Shown: positions 18,537-26,180 of the stretch, piece by piece
Layout: every line of letters begins with the position of its first letter
Numbering within the stretch: position 1 is the stretch's first letter
NCBI GenBank assembly: GCA_963819375.1
Contig: CAWFVU010000010.1
Span: 69,652-133,651, forward strand
DNA: 64,000 bases
Direction: 5' to 3'
Origin: an uncultured Pseudomonadota bacterium
GTDB lineage: Bacteria > Myxococcota_A > Polyangia > Fen-1088
Made by a program: the position numbers and the translations under genes
The notes under the pieces: model-generated
Databases searched by the model: none
The model's input: the letters and a program-made list of their open reading frames with translations, nothing else
Told to the model about the DNA's origin: nothing

Positions 18537-19509
18537 GCGATCCTCGCCGAGCCAGGTTCGCGACCGCTGCGGCCAGCCGCTCCGTCCCGTTGGGCATCGT
18601 GAGATCGTAGGCGGCGACGCGGCGGGCGATCTCCCCGGCCAGGTGGAGCTGTCGCGCCCAGTCGCCCGAGACGTCGGAGCCGTAAAAGGTGTTACGAAAG
18701 ATGCCGGCCGCGCCTGCCAGCGGGGGCAGCGGGACGGCCACGATCTCCTCACCCTTGCGGCGCGTCGCATCGATGAACCCGATTTCGCGCACTGGAAGAG
18801 GCTGGCGGCCATCGGGGTGATCGAGATCCGGGCAAGGGGCAGCCGAGCCAGTCAGCAGGGTCTCTGCCGCCGCCTGCGACCAGCGCAACAGCATCGCCTC
18901 GATGCCGGTCACCGCCTCGATGCGATCGCCCCGCGTCTGGATCACCAGCTTGTCTTCGCAAACGAGGCCGGCGTCGGCCTGCGCCAGAGCTCGCGCGGTC
19001 GTCGTCTTTCCCGCGCCGCTCTCGCCGCAGAATGCCAAGACCTCGCTCCCCAGCAGCACCGCGGAGGCGTGAAGCACGCAGTGACCGCGCAGCGCCAGGA
19101 GCTTGGGCGAGATCGCCAGCAACACGTTCCGGAGGTCGTCGACCGCGATCGATGACGCTCCGGCGAGCGCGATCGCGCCGCCACGATCGTCGACGGTCAG
19201 AATCGATTCGGCCTCGCGGGAGAAGACGTAGCGGTTGGCCCAACGCTCGTACACGAACTCGGTGGGTGGCGGAGCTGCGATCGCCTTGCTCGCCAGCGCC
19301 GCCGCGACGTGCTCGCCGGCGGTTTCGAGCGGGAGTCCATACGTCTGGGCGAGCGCCGCCGCGATCCCCTCGGGGGTCATCTCCGCGAGCCAGTGTTCCC
19401 AGACGAAGGTGGCCGATTCGTTCAGCTGGAAAAGACCGCCGGAGCGCAGATCCAGCAACAGGGCCGTGGCGTCGAACTTCAGGAGCGCGTGATGCGCGAC
19501 TCTGGTCAT
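18523..19509 (-). CDS. PqqD/RRE-like domain fused to HPr-kinase-like (HprK C-terminal domain) kinase
   Basis: N-terminus LLLDLRSGGLFQLNESATFVWEHWL...GIAAALAQTYGL is PqqD-like. Centre LHASAVLLGSEVLAFCGESGAGKTTTARAL matches the HprK P-loop region. The start overlaps the upstream PqqD gene stop (ATGA). Confidence 0.7.
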   Translation of the reverse strand: MTRVAHHALLKFDATALLLDLRSGGLFQLNESATFVWEHWLAEMTPEGIAAALAQTYGLPLETAGEHVAAALASKAIAAPPPTEFVYERWANRYVFSREAESILTVDDRGGAIALAGASSIAVDDLRNVLLAISPKLLALRGHCVLHASAVLLGSEVLAFCGESGAGKTTTARALAQADAGLVCEDKLVIQTRGDRIEAVTGIEAMLLRWSQAAAETLLTGSAAPCPDLDHPDGRQPLPVREIGFIDATRRKGEEIVAVPLPPLAGAAGIFRNTFYGSDVSGDWARQLHLAGEIARRVAAYDLTMPNGTERLAAAVANLARRGSLRSR

Positions 19510-19787
19510 CGGTCCCGAAGGTCGAGGAGACCATGTCGGACCAGCTCGGTGACGAGAGTCTGGACGTCGGCCGCGACGGTCATCTCGGGGACGTCGTATC
19601 TGAGGGCCAGCTTAGTGGCGATCTCCGACGACGACTCCCCTGCTGCGAGGAGATTCCAAATTTCGGCGCCGAGCCCGTTGAGCTCGAAGCAGTCGCCCGT
19701 GACCCGGTCCATCAGAACGGCACCGCTCTCGGTCGGCTGCACCACGATCGCGGGGGAGGCGAGCGCCGCTGGGAAATCGTCTTTCAT
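19506..19787 (-). CDS. PqqD-family protein (candidate lasso B1 / RRE)
   Basis: 93 aa. GAVLMDRVTGDCFELNGLGAEIWNLLAAGESSSEIATKLALRYDV...VQTLVTELVRHGLLD is a typical PqqD pattern. ATG at 19787 lies inside the longer ORF 19506..20189. Confidence 0.75.
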   Translation of the reverse strand: MKDDFPAALASPAIVVQPTESGAVLMDRVTGDCFELNGLGAEIWNLLAAGESSSEIATKLALRYDVPEMTVAADVQTLVTELVRHGLLDLRDR

Positions 19788-19827
19788 GGAACAGACAGTC
19801 TTTGGAAGGCTCCCGGCCGTGTCAAGT

Positions 19828-21375
19828 TCAGCGGGCCGGCGATTCCGTGGTCTCGACGGCAAATGCTGCTGAGGTGAGACGCCGCAATCGTAGCCCGTCA
19901 CGCTGGACGGCTTCGCCAGGTTCGAGGGTAGCCAGATTGGCCAGTGACCAGACCGAGAGATTTCGATTGTAGGACGGCGGCTTGAAAAGGTAGTCGACGC
20001 CGCGCGCCTTGAGATACCCGACATGGTCGATCGCGCCGTCGTGAACGAACGCCAGCAGCGCACGGTCGACGCGCCCGTCGAGCGACCGAACCGTGATCCG
20101 GCCGTCCAGCTCGTACCTGGCCTGAACGGCCTCCAACGCCAATACGACCGGCCGCTTCGAGGGGTTGCCCAGGTCGTCCAGGAGAGCATCCGTTCGCTCC
20201 TGGCGCTCCGCAGGCGCCGTCATGGCGCTCGTGAGGAGATCCTGCGAGTAATGCCGGCGGCGGTACCACGACTCGGCGACGTTGGTGACGCCGAAGACAA
20301 AAGCCGCGGCCCCGAGCAGTAGCCGCTGGTTCCGCTTTCCACTCTGCCAAAGAGCACGCGCACCGTGGGCCGCGCCGATGGCGAAGATCGGCATCAAGAA
20401 GATCACGTAGCGGCTGAGCTGGGCGGACCCCGTGATGCACGTATAGAAAACGAAAAACAGCGCGAGCAACGTCAGAAGGAACCTCTCCAGCTCGGAGCCG
20501 GCGATCCATCGACGGGGAACACCCCAGACGAAGCAGGCCGTCAAAGGGAAGTAGAGGAGCAGGCGCCCGGCAAACGTGGGGTCGATTGCCAGCGGCCCCA
20601 GCGGCAGCGATCTCGACATCGTCAGAACGCGGCGAGAGAGGATGGACGTCGCGACCCAGTCGCCGGTGCAGGCAAACTGGAAGACGACGCTCGCCAGCCC
20701 AATGGTACCGACGAGGGACAGCCCGGCCAGCCAGAGACGCACGGGTGGGCGGGCCGTCCTGTATCGGAACGCATGGGCTACGCCGGCGAGCACGAAGCCC
20801 TCGGGGCGCAACCAACACGAGACTCCCAGCAACGTGGCCAGCGCGAGCTCTCGGCTGAGCGGCCGTTCCTCCGTCCGAGAGTCCGCGGGGCGAAACCAGC
20901 TCCACCGATCGGCGAGATCGACCCACCACCAGACGACGGCCGCGAACAGACCATTTTCCATCCCGACGTTCGCGTTGTAGACGGACCCGGGAATGAGCGC
21001 GGCCGTCATCGCGGCGACCGCCGGCCAGACGTGGCGGTTCTCGCCGTCAGCGGCAAAGAGGCGCGTCGCGGTCTGGTAGACCAGCCAGCAGAGCAGGTAC
21101 CAGGCGACGAGTCCGACGAACTTCAGGGTGACAGGGACCCAGCGGGCGGGCATCAAGTGGAATAGCGCCGCGCCGAGCAACATGTAGCCTGGGCTCGTCT
21201 CGCCGGAGACGCGTTCTCCCGGGTTGAACTCGAAGAATCTCCCGTGGGCCGCGCTCTCGGCAAAGACGAGATGAACCTGGGCGTCGCCCGCGAACGATCC
21301 GGCGAACAGGAATGGCTCGAAGGCGATCGCTCCCACCGCGACCACCAGGAGGACGCGCCGAGTCTTGAGACTCAC
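19828..21375 (-). CDS. polytopic membrane protein, possibly GT-C-fold (ArnT/PMT-like) transferase with C-terminal soluble domain
   Basis: About 10 or more hydrophobic helices. First loop FEFNPGERVSGETSPGYMLLG is reminiscent of the acidic first-loop motif of GT-C enzymes. About 130-aa non-hydrophobic C-terminus. Family assignment is not verified. Confidence 0.4.
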   Translation of the reverse strand: MSLKTRRVLLVVAVGAIAFEPFLFAGSFAGDAQVHLVFAESAAHGRFFEFNPGERVSGETSPGYMLLGAALFHLMPARWVPVTLKFVGLVAWYLLCWLVYQTATRLFAADGENRHVWPAVAAMTAALIPGSVYNANVGMENGLFAAVVWWWVDLADRWSWFRPADSRTEERPLSRELALATLLGVSCWLRPEGFVLAGVAHAFRYRTARPPVRLWLAGLSLVGTIGLASVVFQFACTGDWVATSILSRRVLTMSRSLPLGPLAIDPTFAGRLLLYFPLTACFVWGVPRRWIAGSELERFLLTLLALFFVFYTCITGSAQLSRYVIFLMPIFAIGAAHGARALWQSGKRNQRLLLGAAAFVFGVTNVAESWYRRRHYSQDLLTSAMTAPAERQERTDALLDDLGNPSKRPVVLALEAVQARYELDGRITVRSLDGRVDRALLAFVHDGAIDHVGYLKARGVDYLFKPPSYNRNLSVWSLANLATLEPGEAVQRDGLRLRRLTSAAFAVETTESPAR

Positions 21376-21427
21376 AGGGCGAGTCTACGTGAATAAGCGG
21401 AAACGCGGGGCTCCGGGACCGGAATGC

Positions 21428-22558
21428 TCACTCTGCGTACAGTCCCATCACCCGGATCACGTGAGCGAGCACCTCGTCGACGGACGAGAAGGGGCTCGCT
21501 TCACCGGCGGCGATACGTTCGGCGATCGCTCGCGCCGACGTCTCACCGTCGACGGCATTCAAAATGTGACGAACCAGGACACCCTCGGTCGACAATGCCG
21601 GAGATCGGGTCCCGTCCATCAACGACAGACGGTTGAGGCCCAGGGCTTCGCCCCGGAATGTGGAGTGGTTTTCTTCCCAGCCGGGGTCGGTCTCCGATCC
21701 GATGCGCCAGTTCCAGATCGTATGGGACGATATCCGATGTGCCGCGAGATCGACCGTGACGACCTCTCCGTGGCGTACGGGTCTCGGTCTGCTCAGGGGA
21801 AAGAAAGCCTGGCCATAGATCATGGTCCCCGATGCGGGCGAGGTATCGAAGCAGACACCCTCTGCGAGCGTCGCCGAGAACCAGGCGGCCAATCCGGTGA
21901 TGGTGACGTCGCCGTTCACCTCGAATCGAAGCTCGCGCTGGAACTTTCTGGGGTTCTCCTCCGTGTAGCGGACGGAACAGAATTTCTGCGCTGACGAGAC
22001 GACCTCTCCCGGATCGAATCTCACGGATGACGTTGTGTCCGAGGCGAACTGACGAACGACGTCATAGCGGGCCTCAGGGCGCGGCTCGCCCCAGTCGACG
22101 ACGCGCTCGTGGGCTTTCGGCGCGGCGACAACGGCAACGAACATGTCGTCGCTCAACGGAATGGTCTTCCCCTCTGGACGCAACCATCGGCGTCGCACCC
22201 GCTCCCAGAGGTCGAGATTATCACCCAGGATCGGCAGCGTGCCGCGCACGTCGCCGACCAGGCAGTCGACCTGTTCCGGTGGCACGACGGTTTGGGCGTC
22301 GGCTTGAATGAAGGCGATGCGGTCCGCCAAGCCGTTGGCGGCGGCAACCTCCTGGGCGATCTCGATGACCGGGTTGGGGTCGACGGCGTAGACTCGTCTG
22401 GCGCCGGCGCGTACGGCCATGAAGGAGAGCACCCCGGTTCCCGCCCCGAGGTCGAGCACCACGTCGCCAGGCTTGACCACGCGCCGCAGCGCCTCACCGT
22501 GGGCCTCGATCCGGCGAACATCGCGCATCATGCCCAGATAGTGGTCGAGCTTGTACAT
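21428..22558 (-). CDS. PRMT-fold class I SAM-dependent methyltransferase with C-terminal PqqD-like segment
   Basis: HYLGMMRDVRRIEAHGEAL...GDVVLDLGAGTGVLSFMAVRAGARRVYAVD parallels the protein arginine methyltransferase N-terminal and motif I region. A beta-rich middle follows. The tail LSTEGVLVRHILNAVDGETSARAIAERIAAG...VDEVLAHVIRVMGLYAE is PqqD-like. Confidence 0.65.
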   Translation of the reverse strand: MYKLDHYLGMMRDVRRIEAHGEALRRVVKPGDVVLDLGAGTGVLSFMAVRAGARRVYAVDPNPVIEIAQEVAAANGLADRIAFIQADAQTVVPPEQVDCLVGDVRGTLPILGDNLDLWERVRRRWLRPEGKTIPLSDDMFVAVVAAPKAHERVVDWGEPRPEARYDVVRQFASDTTSSVRFDPGEVVSSAQKFCSVRYTEENPRKFQRELRFEVNGDVTITGLAAWFSATLAEGVCFDTSPASGTMIYGQAFFPLSRPRPVRHGEVVTVDLAAHRISSHTIWNWRIGSETDPGWEENHSTFRGEALGLNRLSLMDGTRSPALSTEGVLVRHILNAVDGETSARAIAERIAAGEASPFSSVDEVLAHVIRVMGLYAE

Positions 22559-22574
22559 GTGTTGAGCTACCGGG

Positions 22575-22880
22575 TTGTATAGTCCGGACGTGGATCCGGG
22601 AGTTCACTATCGAGTTTGCCCGAACGTGGTCTCGAGGAACACGTCCCAGGGGGGATTGCTCCTGGTCGACCTCGGCACGGGCACGACCTGGAGAGTGAAC
22701 CAAGTCGGTGCTGATGTCTTTCGCCTCCTGGGCCGCCCTCTGAGCCTGACCGAGTTGGTGCAAGATCTTCGCGGAAAGTACGACGTCGATTCAGCGGTCC
22801 TGACCAAGGACATTGATGGGCTGCTTGCCGAGCTGAGTCGGCAGGGTCTCGTCGAGACCCTGCCGGATTCGGTCCGTTGA
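22575..22880 (+). CDS. PqqD-family protein (RRE-like)
   Basis: GGLLLVDLGTGTTWRVNQVGADVFRLLGRPLSLTELVQDLRGKYDVD...IDGLLAELSRQGLVE. TTG start only 16 nt from the divergent methyltransferase start; downstream GTG starts are possible. Confidence 0.7.
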   Translation: MYSPDVDPGVHYRVCPNVVSRNTSQGGLLLVDLGTGTTWRVNQVGADVFRLLGRPLSLTELVQDLRGKYDVDSAVLTKDIDGLLAELSRQGLVETLPDSVR

Positions 22881-22910
22881 GATCGGGCCTCCCTGGGAGC
22901 CAGAAACCTC

Positions 22911-23936
22911 GTGAGCTGGATCGAACCGTGGCTCGACCGGCACCTGACCTGTCCCTACGACGGTCTTCGTCTCGCCACCAGAGACGAGACTCTCGATTGC
23001 CCCGCCCAGCACTCCTTTCCCCTCGTGGCGGGCGTGCCGGTCCTCCTGCGCGAGGATCGGCCCCGGACCCACCACACTTGGTGGACCACTGCCAAGGATG
23101 TCGCAACGTATCGAGAACAGGTCGCCTCCGACAACGCCGCCGGGCTGTCCGTCGATCCGTTCGTAGAGCGATGGCTGGTGGCGACCTGTGGCCAGCTCTA
23201 CCGCCACTACCGGCAACCACTGCTTCGGTATCCGATACCCGACCTTCGGCTCCATCCCAAGCCTGGCACCGTTCTCCTGGACGTCGGCTCCAACTGGGGC
23301 CGGTGGGCGCTCGCTGCCAGTCGGGCCGGGTTCAAGGCAGTCGCCGCCGACCCCTCGCTGGCCGCAGCTCTCGCTGGAAGGCGCGTCGCTCGGCAGATGG
23401 GGCTCGAGGTTGCCTATGTGGTGGCCGATGCGCGCCATCTTCCTTTCGATGCGGACAGCATCGACGTGACCTTTTCGTACTCCGTCTTGCAGCACCTGGA
23501 CAAGGCCGTCGTCTCGGAGATCGTCCGCGAGATGTCCCGCGTGACCCGTCCTGGAGGGAAGGTTCGCGTGCAACTGGCGAACGTTCTCGGCGCTCGCCAA
23601 CTCTACAATCAGGCGACGGCATCGCTGGGGCGCGCTCGCGACTCGCTCCGCGGCGTGCGCCAGCAGCCGTATGGTTTTCGTGTGCGGGCCTGGACACCGG
23701 GAGAGATGCGACGCTTGTTCTCGTCGCTCGTCGGCCCGACGTCACTTTTTCCTGACGGCTTCTTTTCGCTGAATGCTCAGGCCAGCGACATCGACCTGCT
23801 GGGACCTCTGTCGGCCACCGTCGTCAGGGTCTCACAAGCACTCTGCCGTCTCGCCCGCTGGACGCCGGGCCTGACCGCCCTCGCGGACAGCCTGTTCGTC
23901 GAAGCCCTCAACGAAAAGCCACGACCACTCCCATAG
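22911..23936 (+). CDS. Trm112-like N-terminal domain fused to class I (type 11) SAM-dependent methyltransferase
   Basis: N-terminus LTCPYDGLRLATRDETLDCPAQHSFPLVAGVPVLL is Trm112/DUF343-like. Motif I LLDVGSNWGRWALAASRAG. Also ADARHLPFDADSIDVTFSYSVLQHL. Confidence 0.7.
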   Translation: MSWIEPWLDRHLTCPYDGLRLATRDETLDCPAQHSFPLVAGVPVLLREDRPRTHHTWWTTAKDVATYREQVASDNAAGLSVDPFVERWLVATCGQLYRHYRQPLLRYPIPDLRLHPKPGTVLLDVGSNWGRWALAASRAGFKAVAADPSLAAALAGRRVARQMGLEVAYVVADARHLPFDADSIDVTFSYSVLQHLDKAVVSEIVREMSRVTRPGGKVRVQLANVLGARQLYNQATASLGRARDSLRGVRQQPYGFRVRAWTPGEMRRLFSSLVGPTSLFPDGFFSLNAQASDIDLLGPLSATVVRVSQALCRLARWTPGLTALADSLFVEALNEKPRPLP

Positions 23937-23940
23937 CGGA

Positions 23941-24052
23941 AGCGTGGGCATCGGACCTTTCTCCGCCCAAGGGCCCTTCGCGACGAGAATCTCGATACGC
24001 GAAGACGGAAGCCACCCACTCCCGCGAAGATCCGATTGCCCACGCTTTTTTT
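23941..24052 (+). terminator. long compound hairpin ending in T7 (candidate terminator of the 22575-23936 operon)
   Basis: agcgtgggcatcgga (23941-23955) pairs with tccgattgcccacgct (24031-24046) with one bulge. Inner stem cttcgcg/cgcgaag. Followed by ttttttt. Confidence 0.45.
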
Positions 24053-24054
24053 AG

Positions 24055-24130
24055 AACGCACACCGGGTGAGGCCTCGCCTACCTCGACCATCCTCGTCCC
24101 CGTTCGGCGCCACCGGGTGTTGCGTTTTTC
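24055..24130 (+). terminator. second long imperfect hairpin followed by a T-run
   Basis: aacgcacaccgggtg pairs with caccgggtgttgcgtt (about 14 bp with a bulge and a mismatch, 41-nt loop), then ttttc. Confidence 0.35.
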
Positions 24131-24195
24131 TAACCTCGACACTAGACGCAGCTGCGTCGAGAGGAAGTTAACTCTTTGTCACGATCGCGTAGCGC

Positions 24196-24543
24196 TCATC
24201 CGAGCCAGGTCGCCCAGATCTCCGGAACGTAGCCGACGGTCGCGCGCCCCTCCGACCGGACGATCGGCGTGCGCAGCAGCAGCGGATCCTCGACCAGCGC
24301 CTGCTCGATGCGCGGGCCGGTCGGTGCGGCGTACTTGAGGCCCTTGTCGAGGTAGCGCTTCCCTGCGCGATCGATCAGCGCCTCCCAGCCGCCGGCGCGC
24401 GCGGCGACGTTGCGCAGCTCGCCGGGCGCCATCCCTTTTTGCGCCAGGTCGACGAGGTGCAACGTCACCCGGCGCTCCTTGAACCAACGCTCGGCCTTGC
24501 GCGTCTCCGCGCACTTCTTGGTCCCGAACAGCTGAACGTTCAC
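24196..24543 (-). CDS. ArsC/Spx/MgsR-family protein (YffB-like)
   Basis: VQLFGTKKCAETRKAERWF...GWEALIDRAGKRYLDKGL matches the YffB/ArsC-family pattern. GTG start overlaps the regulator stop (GTGA). Confidence 0.75.
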   Translation of the reverse strand: MNVQLFGTKKCAETRKAERWFKERRVTLHLVDLAQKGMAPGELRNVAARAGGWEALIDRAGKRYLDKGLKYAAPTGPRIEQALVEDPLLLRTPIVRSEGRATVGYVPEIWATWLG

Positions 24544-25904
24544 GCGACGCGCTTGCGGCGGAGCTTTTCGACCAGCGTCGTTCGGTTGAGGCCCAGCAGC
24601 TCGGCGGCGCGGTTCTTGTTGCCGCCGGTGCGCTCCAGCGCCTCGCCGATCATACGGTCCTCGACCGCCTCCAGCATGGCGCGCAGATCCGTTCCGTCCT
24701 CGGGCAGGCCGGGGATCGGGTTTCCCTTGCTGGGCGTCAGGGCGCGCGGGGTACGAACTGCCTGGGGAAGGTCCGTCATCGCGATCGTTCCCTTGCCTTT
24801 GACGATCACCAGCCGCTCGACGAGGTTCTCGAGCTCCCGGATGTTGCCGGGCCAGTGATAGGCCTCGAGCGCACCCATCGCATGCGGTTCGAAGCCGGCG
24901 ACGGCCCGTTTGTTACGCTCGTTCGAGCGGCGCAGGAAGTGGTCGGCCAGGAGCGCGATGTCGCCCGGACGCTCGCGCAGCGACGGCAGCTCGACGGGGA
25001 TCACGTTGAGGCGCCAGTAGAGGTCGGCGCGGAACTTTCCGGCGGCGACCTCGCGCTCCAGGTTGCGGTTGGTGGCGGCCAGGATGCGGACGTCGATGCG
25101 CGTGGGGGTCTCTTCGCCGACGGGGTAGAGCTCGCCGTCCTGAATGAGGCGCAGCAGCTTGGCCTGGACGCCGATCTCCATCTCGCCAATCTCGTCGAGG
25201 AAGATCGTGCCGGTGTCGGCCTGGGCGAACCGGCCGGTCCGCGCGCTCGACGCGCCGGTGAACGAGCCCTTGGCGTGACCGAACAGCTCCGACTCGACGA
25301 GGTTCGAGGGAATGGCGGCGCAATTGACCGCCACGAACGGCTTGTTCTTGCGCGCCGAACCGGCGTGCAGCGAGCGCGCGACGAGCTCCTTGCCTGTCCC
25401 AGAAGCGCCCGTGATGAGGACGGTGCAGCCGGTGTCGGCCACCTGGGCGAGCAGGCCCAGCGCGGGGAGCAGGCTGGCGTCGTTGCCGAGCAGCCAGGGG
25501 GCGTGCTTGTCGCGCCAGGCGAGCGCGTCGGGCTCCGGCTCGGGCGGCGTGGGCTTCAAGAGCGCCGCCACCGACTCCTCGAGCGTGCGCGTCTCGAACG
25601 GCTTGATCAGAAAGTCGCGCGCGCCGGCGTGCATCGCGCGCACGGCGTCCGGGATCTCCGCGCTGCCGCTCATGGCGATGACCGGGGTACCGGGCGCGTG
25701 CAGCCGCGCGGCGGCCAGGATGTCGAAGCCGCTGACGTCCGGCATGCGGATGTCGGTCAGGATGAGGTCGAACCGCTCCTGCCGCAGGCGGGCCAGACCC
25801 TGTTCGCCGTTCTGCGTGACAACTTCATGACCCGCCGAGCGCAGGATGCGCCCCAGGCTCCGGCACAGAGACTCTTCGTCGTCGCATAGAAGGATTCTTC
25901 CCAT
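24540..25904 (-). CDS. sigma-54-dependent Fis-family response regulator (NtrC-like)
   Basis: Receiver domain (ILLCDDEE...LILTDIRMPDVSG), AAA+ domain (GASGTGKELVARSLH, ESELFGH) and a C-terminal Fis HTH (AAELLGLNRTTLVEKLRR). ATG at 25904 is preferred. Confidence 0.9.
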   Translation of the reverse strand: MGRILLCDDEESLCRSLGRILRSAGHEVVTQNGEQGLARLRQERFDLILTDIRMPDVSGFDILAAARLHAPGTPVIAMSGSAEIPDAVRAMHAGARDFLIKPFETRTLEESVAALLKPTPPEPEPDALAWRDKHAPWLLGNDASLLPALGLLAQVADTGCTVLITGASGTGKELVARSLHAGSARKNKPFVAVNCAAIPSNLVESELFGHAKGSFTGASSARTGRFAQADTGTIFLDEIGEMEIGVQAKLLRLIQDGELYPVGEETPTRIDVRILAATNRNLEREVAAGKFRADLYWRLNVIPVELPSLRERPGDIALLADHFLRRSNERNKRAVAGFEPHAMGALEAYHWPGNIRELENLVERLVIVKGKGTIAMTDLPQAVRTPRALTPSKGNPIPGLPEDGTDLRAMLEAVEDRMIGEALERTGGNKNRAAELLGLNRTTLVEKLRRKRVA

Positions 25905-26180
25905 GGTGGTCGCGGCGAAAACCTGTTCAAGTTTCTCACGGTGCGACCGACTTGAGCGAGCTTTTTTTCGCATGATGGTTTACAAACAACTACGTGAGTT
26001 TTTTGAGGACGGCCTGAAGCCCTTGATCTGCGGGCTCGCCAGACGAGTTGCCGAGCGGTCGAAGACGCACAGGGCTAAATGGCAATTCGAGGGCCGCATT
26101 TTGGCAGGGCCTTCTCCGCTCTTGGGCTGCGGGTTCTGGCCGGGCTTGCTTGTAAGGGGATGGCGGACTAAACCGTCGGC

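Noticed and set aside
18523-19509. A genuine HPr kinase/phosphorylase of the PTS and carbon catabolite system.
   Set aside because: The N-terminal domain is PqqD-like rather than the HprK N-domain. There are no ptsH or PTS genes nearby, and the gene is embedded in a RiPP operon.
24036-24338. ORF 24036..24338 (+), and ORF 23777..24142 (-), as a possible second precursor or small protein next to the RiPP locus.
   Set aside because: They overlap the hairpin/T-run elements and the antisense of the ArsC-family gene. The translations are Arg/Ser-rich junk with no leader or core features.
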